Shown: positions 24,052-34,000 of the stretch, in pieces
Position numbering within the stretch: the stretch's first letter is position 1
Layout of the letters: each line of letters starts with the position of its first letter
Source: Selaginella moellendorffii
Taxonomy: Eukaryota; Plantae; Lycopodiophyta
Length of the DNA: 64,000 bases
Direction of reading: 5' to 3'
Assembly: GCF_000143415.4 (NCBI RefSeq)
Contig: NW_003314272.1
Location: 2,381,728-2,445,727, forward strand
Notes under the pieces: generated by a model
Seen by the model: the letters and a program-made list of their open reading frames with translations, nothing else
What the model was told of the DNA's origin: nothing
Databases searched by the model: none
Position numbers and translations under genes: made by a program

Positions 24052-27000
24052 GAGGATGGTCCAAAGTTGAATTGAGCTTAATTCAACATAAGTCAACTCA
24101 AGTCAACACAGTCAACTAAAAGTCTTACATAGGAAATCTAAATTGAACAAATGAAGGTTCTAGCAAACTTTAAAATATTTAAATACATAAATATCTGAGT
24201 TAAAAGTTTCTATAAGATTGAATTGTTTAAAAAAGACAAAGTTCACGAGAACCTATCTTTTATAAAACTGTATTATTTTATTTTGACTACTGATTTGACT
24301 ACTTAATATTTTAAATACTTTTATAGTTGTAGATACTATTCCTTCATTCAAAAGATTTTTTATGGTTCTTAAGAAGATGGGAAGCAAGGAAAATATAAAA
24401 TCTATGAATAAGAGTTATAGTGCCAAGGAATGTGAAAATGCTAATTTATTTTCACTGCCACAATCTCTATATTATACTCCTGGTCCTTATTACCTATCTA
24501 GGAATGTAAAGACCATTATCACGATTCATAAAAATGCTCTTGTTACTTCTGAAACAACAGTCTAGAACAAGAAAAATGAAGAAATGAACAGCATGGCAGA
24601 AAGTACCAAAAAACTACTCTATAAAACTTTCTATAACATTTGTAATTTACATATTAATTCATATTAAAAATTGTGTTGCCTGCCTATATTGCAATCCTCT
24701 TATATGATAAGACCATGGTATATTTTTGTAGTGAATCCTCATTAAAAGTTTTCGGGAGTTGTTTGTGAATAATAATAAAAGAATAGAAATCTTTTGAAAG
24801 ACTCAAAAGTAATATTACATCAAAGAATCAACTTTATCTACATTTCCAAGACTAAAAAGCAATTTCACACAAGAGAATGGTAGTATGCCAATATGCTCTG
24901 CCACTATAATATGGTTTATATTTCTTTGCAGTCTATTTCCCTATACATTTGGCATGTGTAGAAAAGAATATATGTGTAGTAAAGTAAGATTTCATCATGA
25001 TGATAGAGCATGTGCATACATGATAATCTAAAATTCTAGAAGCTCTTATATATACAAGTAAGCTATGATTATGAAGCCTTATTTCCAAGACTGACATTTA
25101 AAGAATCTAAGTATTGTCAATGTCATAATAAATAAACCTCATTCCCAAGACTAAAACTTAGTATATAAACTATTTAGAAAAGTTATAGTCATCTTAATTT
25201 TTTTGTTCTCCTTGAGCTCCTTGGAAGTTTGTATTGAAATGGTTCAAAGGAAAGTCACTCCTACTCGTATTTGGCCCCCCAGCATTTTATATCAATTTCC
25301 ACCTCTATCCCTAAGTTCTACCAACATTTCACTTTCACCTCTACATAATAATTCTTTTTCTATTGAGGGCTTTAGTAAAGTTGAATTAGAGTTCTTTATA
25401 TATAAAATTCTGAATCTTGCTACTAGAGAGGGATTGCCTCTAATGCTTCAAGAGCAATGCCACATGTTTTTGCAAGATCTTGCTCCGGACATGGCAGGAC
25501 TACTTGAAAGCACAAAATGCTATTACATTCAGTCTTTAATATGCTACTTTTTTTTGGACAAGACAAATGGCTCTATGGGTTTACAAACTTTTCTTGAGCA
25601 CTGTAGCAATTGCTTAATGATTGGTCTAAAAAATATGCATGTGTAAATGTATAATAGATTCAAGAATGAGTTACGAACACATACCTACTATCACTTTATG
25701 GTGAGGAACAACATCCCCTTAAGAAACACTAGTGAAAAATATGAGGCTTTTAGGCCACCCTATAGTGGAATGTAAGGTCTAAAATTACTTTATTATACTA
25801 TAGTATTGTCACTATTAAAAGAAAAAGTACAATAAAATGATATTAGTTGTAGGTAACATACTTTGTTTTAAAAGGTGCTATCATACAATTGTTTACAAAA
25901 TGTTGGAGGAGATGGCAACACACAAGTGCTACAAAGTGATGGTGACAGGTGAGAATGATAATTTGCAATTATAATATCTAACATTGATACTGACATCTGA
26001 CATATAACAAATTTTTCATTTTATGTAAGGATGCAATTAACTTTCTTCTACCTCATCATCAACATATTGATTTCTTTTATGTTTCCTCCTATATTGGTAT
26101 TGTGGCAAAGATTCACCTTGTATATATTCAGCTATGGCTTCTGCATAGTTAAAGAGATTTCCAAAGCCTCCAATTCTAGAAACTTCAGATGACTGTGATC
26201 TATAAAATAGAATTAAATATTTATTGAAATTTTAATAAACATAATTTACCCTTGAGGTTGGAGGCAACTCACGAGATCCTCTGAGCCGGTGTTTGAAGAA
26301 ATGATGTTCTTCAATAGCAAACATTGACCTATCAAAGTCACATGCTGCCTCCACTATAAAATCGCTATTTGTTGTGCAATCAATCATAACACCATCTGGT
26401 GGGCAATAGAGCTCAAGCAAGACTTGCATCATCGATGGAGTTCAAAATCAATACCTTGGAAATGTGTTGTGGATTTGCTCATCCACAAGATTGAGTATGA
26501 TGTTAGTGGAATTGTCGTACCTAGGCAAAACACGTGCTTACATTTGCTATCACGAAACCCATCATGTGTGTTTTTACAGAAGGTATAATAGGTCCACATC
26601 ATAACCTAGAAAATAAAAATGTTTAGAAATTAGATAAAAATATAAAATACATAATCACATTTTCAAGCTTCCCTTGGACACCCCTCAAATCAATGCCAAT
26701 AGGATCTATGATGCACCCAAAAGAGAATGACTTGAAATGAACTTCTACTGCACATGTCATAAGTTTATACATCCAGTTGGGGTTGTTTGGTATGATGAAG
26801 ATGATATGGTCAACTTTGAGCATAAGTGTTTCAAACAAGAAGAATGCATCGCGCATGTGGTCAAATGTGAGAAAGTTCCAATCCTCAACTTTCCCATTAA
26901 TATCTGAGAGACCATTTGGAAAGTTGAAGAGAATGAAGTCTGCAACTGGGAGCAAGAGCTTTTGTATCTTTCAGCACCAACGGTTGAACTAGCGCTGATA

Positions 27001-27212
27001 TCTATGTTGATATCGTCTTCCGTAAAAGATGTTAACAATCTAATGTAGGAGCCAATAAAGATACCCACAATGCCTTGTTGTGTTATTGGGGACATAGGAC
27101 AGACCTACAAAAGAGCTAAGTGAATGAAAAAAATAATAAATAATATAATACTGTCATATGGCATGTTGTTGATGAGAGTTCCTCCAACTCCTCTTCACGA
27201 GCATCTCATCAA
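24052..27212. mobile_element. Right arm of putative DNA transposon D (inverted)
   Basis: Begins GAG directly after CTAGAGAT; subterminal TTGAGCT/AGTCAAC repeats; carries the 3' part of the cargo gene. Confidence 0.6.
26232..27212 (-). pseudogene. 3' part of the D cargo gene: beta-class N6-adenine/N4-cytosine DNA methyltransferase-like fold, decayed
   Basis: ADFILFNFPNG (~DLILTDPPYG, motif IV) precedes TPSMMQVLLELYCPPDGVMIDCTTNSDFIVEAACDFDRSMFAIE (~KP..L..LI..Y..PG..VLDPF.GSG....A....R..I.IE, motifs X-I-II); GT-AG introns; frameshifts. Confidence 0.65.
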
Positions 27213-27217
27213 GCTGG

Positions 27218-28070
27218 TGTGAGACACAAAATCCCTAGGCCCCAAAGTGGAGCCGAAAGGGTGCCATGTGGGAGTGGCCGAAGTGAAAGCCAAACGAGTG
27301 TAACACATTTGGACTAAAAGCTCAAACTTGAAAAGTTGAGAGCAGGAGTGGAGTTCAACAAAGTGCTCGAGGAATGAGCATGAAGCAAGCAATAAACGAG
27401 GCTCTAAAAAGGGACCCAAAAGGACCAACACATAACATGTGAAAGTGTTCGAGATGGAGTTCGAGATAGACCCGAGAAGGACCTGAGATGGAGTCCGAGA
27501 TAGACCCGAGATGGAGTCTGAGATGGACTTGAGATGGAGTCCGAGATGGACCCGAGATGGAGTCCAGGATGGACCCAAGATAGAGTCCGAGATGGAGTCC
27601 GAGATGGAATCCGAGATGGAGTCCGAAGTCAAGATCGAGACCGAGACCGAGACCAAGACCGAGACTGGGACCGAGACTGAGCCCGAGGCCGAGGCCGAAA
27701 CCGAGCCCGAGTCCGAGTCCGAGTCTGAGTCCGAGTCCGAGTTCAAGTCTGAGGGGGTGAAAGGCCAAAGCGTTCGTCTCCCAGACCCTAGGGGGTTTGG
27801 TGAGCTCCAAAAGTATAGTGGGGGAAGGACTCCAATGGAGCCAGTTTGGCAAGCTAGAGTGAATATGGACCGACAAGCAAGGTAGCTTGGTGAAGTGTTC
27901 AGGAGACGGCTCTAGTTCCCCCGGGGGATCGAATGGTCGATACTCCCAGTCCAAGTGTGGGTGGCACTACCTACTTGGATACCTGGCGTGGCTCAATGGG
28001 ACCTCGCTCTAAGCCCGTGGCTAGAGCACCCAAAGATGGAAGGCGGGGAGAGTACCCATGAGGCCCGCGT
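27218..28070 (+). mobile_element. Proximal part of the A2 5' LTR (inverted)
   Basis: Starts TGTGAGAC and stops at ...CCCGCGT, exactly where the 17688 piece resumes; flank GCTGG (reverse complement CCAGC) matches CTAGC at 14786-14790. Confidence 0.9.
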
Positions 28071-28265
28071 TTGATACCAAATATAAGCTCTTGAATTTGG
28101 ACTTTCCAGCCCAGTACTATTCAAACCCAAAGACACTTAAACCCCAAATATCCCAAAACCCTTAACTGATTGGAAAAGGGGGTGCACTCTTGTTCATAGG
28201 CCTTTTCCCTTTATATTTAAACCCCAACAGATTGTCTCTCAAGTCATTCTTTTTGGTTGCTTACA
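28071..28265 (-). mobile_element. Cassandra 5' LTR (28082-28265) plus PBS
   Basis: Reverse complement of the Cassandra LTR with a small deletion in the C-box region; TTTGGTATCAA follows. Confidence 0.88.
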
Positions 28266-29498
28266 ACTTCCTTGTGTTATGATACTTGCCATTAGTCCCT
28301 TTTGTGTCCCTTTTTAGAGACTTGATTATTGATTGTTTTGTGCTTGTGTCAAGACAAATACCATATGTTAGTCCCTTGCCATATGTTAGTCCCTCTTATA
28401 TCCCTTTTTAAAGACTCATTTATTGATTGATTTGTGCTCATGTTATGATATTTACCATATGTCAATCTCTCTTGTATCCTTTATTAATTTCTTTATTGAA
28501 ATATATGTATACATTACCCCATGTCCCATAGGGACTAAAACAATATCAAAAGTGCACTCTCACAAGGTGAAACTAATGCCACTCTTAAGTAGTCTGCCCT
28601 TCCTAGGTGTCTCTACCACAAAACTTGGGGCTAGCTGCTATGCTTCATAACACATGAAACCCACTAGTGAGCACTCCACCACCAACATGCCTCTAATGCC
28701 AAAACGATGTCTAATCACAATGTAACTCTAGCTTGTAGATCATTTATAATGTGTGAATTTCTTCCAACTCATGGTCAAAGTGTGCTACCCTACCTCCTAC
28801 ATAAGATAAATGCACTAGCCCATCTTCAAAAGAGTCTTACTCCTACTATAGGAACTAAAAAATTTATATAAACCTCTATTAGAACAAGTGCTCTTATAGA
28901 TCTGTCATTTGAAAAGAAAGATATGGATCTATTATATGTACAACATTGAATCACCTTTGTTGGCCACTAGCCTCAATCATGGTAGCAATCCCTACCACCA
29001 AATCCAAAAATCCTCCCTTCTTAATCATCCTCAAAGCAAAACACTATATATAATCTTCCAAAAAGACTCTAAAAAGCTAAAAAAAAATTCAAGTCCCAAC
29101 CTCCAAGTCACCCTTATAATAACATCTAGCTCCACCAATCCTTGATTGTTATTGTCTCCATCACAAGATAAACAAAATTGCATAAATCTTGGCAAAGAGC
29201 TCCATTTTTAAAGTTTTCGCAACTATCCATCTATCACCAAGATAACTTAAGAGCCTCCTAAGACTACAGCAATCCACCATTGCCAACCCTAGAAGTCTTA
29301 GTTGGCAAGGGAACCCTAGCCCTAAAGTAGGGGAATCCTAACCGCTAAGAATTGCTGCATAAGAACCCTAATTTTAGAGCGTGAGCTCCAAATCTCCTAG
29401 ACTTTGGATCTAAATGAGGTGCTGCTACTAGGAGTGCTTCTCACCACTGCCTAGATGCCAACTATAAAGTCAAGTCAAGAAAAAGAGCAAAAACCAAA

Positions 29499-30117
29499 TT
29501 ATAGGAGCGAAAAGAGGATTGCAATTTTCTTAAACAAATTGTTTATTGTCTTCAATTCATAATACTTATGCCCTTTCTTGTTTTTGAATGCACGAATGAC
29601 AATTCCATTGTTAGGCTGCAAGCAAAAGGACTTTGGCTTATCATCACAATCACTGTATGTTTGAGGTTCCACCCTAATCTTGAGAGATCTTTCACAACCT
29701 TTTTCCCTCCAACTTCCTTGGTCAAGCACAAATCTTTATAAAGATGATGGCAAAGAGATTCCTAGCTAGGTTAAGCTTGTCCAAAATCTTGTTTGCATAT
29801 GGCTTTATTACTCGAGTAAAACCCATAATCTTGTATATCTTACTCATCTCTTTTAGAAAGTCATCTACACCCAGCCTCTTTGCCACAAGGTAGTGCTCTA
29901 GTGGAATAATTTTCCCATTGAAGAACTTGAGGGATATTGCAATTTTGTGGGCATGGATTAGTGTCTCATTCATGTCCAACACAAGCGTGGGTTTCTTCTC
30001 TAAATTTGGTGGTAGCAGCAAAGAATCATCTGACAACGTCACCTTTTTGTTCTTCTCTTTGGTGGTAATGTCAAGCATCACAAAACTCCACTCCCCATAC
30101 TCCCACGGCCTCTTCAT
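29499..30117 (-). pseudogene. Intronless CTD small phosphatase-like (SCP/NIF domain) pseudogene
   Basis: KPTLVLDMNETLIH (DxDxT motif decayed), KRLGVDDFL..MS..Y, DDKP.SF..QP.NGI.I; frameshift near 29725. Confidence 0.8.
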
Positions 30118-30229
30118 AGCTATGAAGAAAGATAGAAAGAATGTGAGCCCTAACTTAATAGTAATAAATCTTTATAAATCAAGTTAATACACTTCCATAA
30201 TTCTAGCCAAGCAGTACATAAAAATTTGA

Positions 30230-30490
30230 CTGTAACGCCAAGAGTCTTTGAGTAACTTGAGCTCCACACTCAGGATCCTTGTGGATCTGCTAGCAAGCAG
30301 CCAATAGCAAGACCCAAGCAACACTCTCGGAATGGATGAGCTCCTTAGCCTTGTCTAGTTCTTCGGCCCTTGCAAACGCATTAACAAGTCTATAGTAGTG
30401 TTCTCCCATGGGCTCGACTCCATAGTCTTGAATCATCAACTAGAAGTAGTCCCAAGAGATCTTCACCACACTCAAGTGGTAGCACGCTGC
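30230..30490 (-). pseudogene. PPR C-terminal/E-domain fragment
   Basis: AACYH...WDYF*LMIQDYGVEP..EHYY.LVNAFARA..LDKAKELI; stops and deletions. Confidence 0.7.
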
Positions 30491-30539
30491 AATTATAACC
30501 ATCGCACTTTAGAATCTTAGTATAGACTTCTCATGTCAA

Positions 30540-31053
30540 TTTCCTAAGTGTTTTTGACACCTTCTATTGCATATGTGGTGCAAACTCTACTTTCCCATCC
30601 TAAAGAGTTTTTATTGGAAAACACCATTGCCCTTTCTTTCATTTCATGTTGTCCATAGCTCTATCATTTGGTTCATTATTGCTTCATTTCTTGAAGCTTT
30701 CACCTTTTTTCAAATTGGAGCTTTTAAGAATTTTATCCTTATAAATTTAGTATCTGTTAACATCCATCATATAATGGTTTATCACTTACCTTATCATTTT
30801 GGATTCCCTCTTAAAATTACTAAAATTCATTTTTGGCCATTAATCTCTTGCTTTTATCCTTTAATTTTTGCATTAGGCATTATAAGATTGCTACCTTTAT
30901 CCTTGGGGTATTCATTTTTGTTCCATAACAAAGGCTTTATTTTACTAAGCCCCAAATGTATTCACCCCTAATAAGTTTCATTAGCATTTTATGTTATAGA
31001 CATTATTTATAGCCTAATTTTGCAATCTTCCTATATATCCATCTTTAGAGACT
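30540..31053 (-). mobile_element. Degenerate family-A internal region (A3), host of element B; continues at 38489-39010 and 45790-46750
   Basis: Reverse-complement similarity to A1 12180-11620, resuming after the B TSD; heavy transition decay. Confidence 0.7.
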
Positions 31054-34000
31054 TGTAAGCCACAAATTTTTCCTTTCCAATTTGCCAGCTTACCTCATCT
31101 ATCCGACCAACTCTGCCTTGGCTTGTGCTAAGTTCCCTCGCCAAGATTCTCGCCTATGGTACCAGCTCCTACTTAGTCCTACTTGGTTTCAGCTACTCAT
31201 TGCACGAGCAATGGAGTGTTAGCCATCCATCTACGGATTCCCAAATCTCTCCGTATCCCCCTCCCTGGGTTAGACTTGACTTAAGGTTCGGCTACACTCC
31301 CCGCAGGCACAAGCAGCCAAGCACACCAAGCCTCCAGATTCCTAACACCCCTTGGTACTACAAGACTTGATCATGGAACCCTCTAAATCCCAAGCCTTGG
31401 GTGCAACACTTGCTTCGGGACGTCGGGGCGAAACACCATGGCCTAACGGCCCGGTATGGTACCTCTACCCCCCCACTTCCATCCTGAAGGGAAGGCCCAA
31501 GCCCTAGGAAGGGCGAGGACCAATGAGCCACAAGGTACTCAAGTGGGGCACCACTCCACATGAGCTGGGAGCACCGCAATCGGTTTCCCTTTCGAGAGTG
31601 GGAGCTGCTCTTGAGCACTGCCCTGGGTGGCCCCTTCGGCACCACTCAAGCCCATGCTCACTCCCACCCAAGGCCCCTCGGCCCCAATCTCAACCTCAAG
31701 TCGGTTTGGAAGCCTTATTGGAGAGTTCCTTCAAGACTGGTTCCTGGACCTCACTATCCCTACTATATTTTTGGAACCCCCTGCAGCCCCCCGGGAGACA
31801 CACGCTTTGGGCTTTCACCCCTTAAGTTGTATTAGTATGTGGACTTAGTCTCAAAATCGATCTTGGAGTCGATCTCGGACCCGACTTCGGACTTGGTCTC
31901 GGACTCGATTTCGGACTCGATCTCGGACCCGATCTCGGACTCGACTTCGGACTCGACCTCGGACTCGGTCTCGGACTCTGTCTCGAACTCAGTCTCAAAC
32001 TCGGTCTCCGATTCGGTCTCGGGCTCGATCCCGGACACTCGGTCTCAGAGTCGGTCTTGGACTCGATCTTCGACTCGGTCCCATCCGATGAATTCTTTGT
32101 CATTTCAGTCATGCTTTCGGGGATCCTTTAGCCTACGACATCTCGGGGAGTCGGTTCCTTACAACTCCACCACCCATAGAAGAAATTCGATGCCCACATC
32201 AAACGTCTCTTTTTTATCCTACAACTTGTTGACCATGTCTCCGGGGGCATCCCCCCACTTAGCGGTGTGCCTAAGTTAGCCTCCCCGGCCAAGAGCCCAT
32301 GACAACGGAGTATAGGTGTCCCTATACTCCTCACCTCACCACGCCCTAGTATGGGGTCAGGACTTGAACCTAGCCTTGCTTTACTAGGGGGTTGGGACTT
32401 GAACCCAACCTCTGTAGAATATGTCTACAGATTCGACATCCCCGCAGGGAGTCGGGCGTAGTGCCCTACGCCTGGTCGACCTAGCTAACCCATGCTAATT
32501 AGCTTATCTTTGGCGCGCCTTTGGGTCCCAACATATGCCACTTGCTCAACTTTGCAAATTGATATTTTTAATTGAACTTTGCATAAGTACATAGAATTCT
32601 GCCTTGCAAAAATTCCTTCACTAGATCTCGCGCGTTCACTAGGTTCTCCTCTGGTTCCCATGTTGCTTCGCAGTGTGGAAATCCTTTCCACTTCACATGG
32701 AACTCTCTCACCTCGCGTCCTTGTTGCTTACTCTTGCGCGCATTGAGGATGGCCTCGACTTCGTATTCCTCTTCCCCTTGGATAACCTCAGGTAAAGGTC
32801 TCACTTGGTCCTTGCGAAGCGGATCCTCAAAGTACGGCTTGAGTAAGTTCACGTGGAATATTGGGTGCATCTTCCCCATCTCTCGAGGAAGTCGGAGACG
32901 GTAAGCCACTTTATCGATTCGTGCCTCAATCTCGTAAGGCCCCGCGAACCTACTTAAGGAACTCAAGATCAATTCATTTATAGAAATATATGCATCTTTA
33001 CCTTTGGGTCAACTTTCAGCTAATCCCACTTGGTAGTCTGAGGTTCTTGGTGTTCAACCACACCTTCTCCCCAACTTGGAACTCTACATCCCAACGCTTC
33101 TGGTTCGCATATTTTGTTTGCCTTTGTTGAGCCCGTTCCAAGGAATCCCTCACTAAATTCCAAATGCTGAGTCTTTCCGCCGTGAATGCCTCCACTGCGG
33201 GTAACTCTCCATGATACTCGGCCACGCCGAGTTCCACAAGACCTTCAATAGCTCGCCCATTGATGACTTCCCATGGACTCACCCCGATACTCGAATGTGG
33301 TGAGTTGTTATAACACATTTCCGCAAGTCCCAAATGACTTACCCAATCGGTTTGATCTCCCGAGACATAGCATCGCAAATAATCCTCCAGCTGCCTATTC
33401 ACCCTTTCTGTTTGTCCGTCTGTCAAGAAGTGTTAGTGCCAACAACTTGACTTAATACCCCATACCTGTCTGTGGGTGATAGGTTATGCTGAATTTCAAC
33501 TTGGTGCGATATTGTTCCAGGAGAGTCCTCCAGAACCTACTGGTGAAGATCTTATCTCAATTTGAGATGATCTTTTCCGGTCTTCCTCGCACTCGAACCA
33601 CTTGTTTGAAGAATAGCTTCGCCACACCTTCCACATCCACCTCCGTTGTGGTGGGTATGAAATGTGCCATTTTCGAAAATCGGTCCACCACCACGAATAT
33701 CGCATCAAACCCCTCGCTTGGGGGGAGTCCCGTGATGAAGTCCATCATAAGACATTTCCACGGACGATCTGGAATTGGGATGCTTTGCAACAAGCCCCCA
33801 CTAGCCTTAGTCACGGCTTTTACCTGCTGACATGTTGGACATATTTTTACATAGTCTTGGACGTCCTTAGCCATATCTGGCCAATGGTACTTCCTCTTGA
33901 GTAAGCCCATCGTCTTGGGCACTCCGCCGTGTCTTGCAAGAGGTCCGTCATGACACTCTTCTAAGGCTACCTTCCTTAGTTCCCCTTCTAGAACATACAC

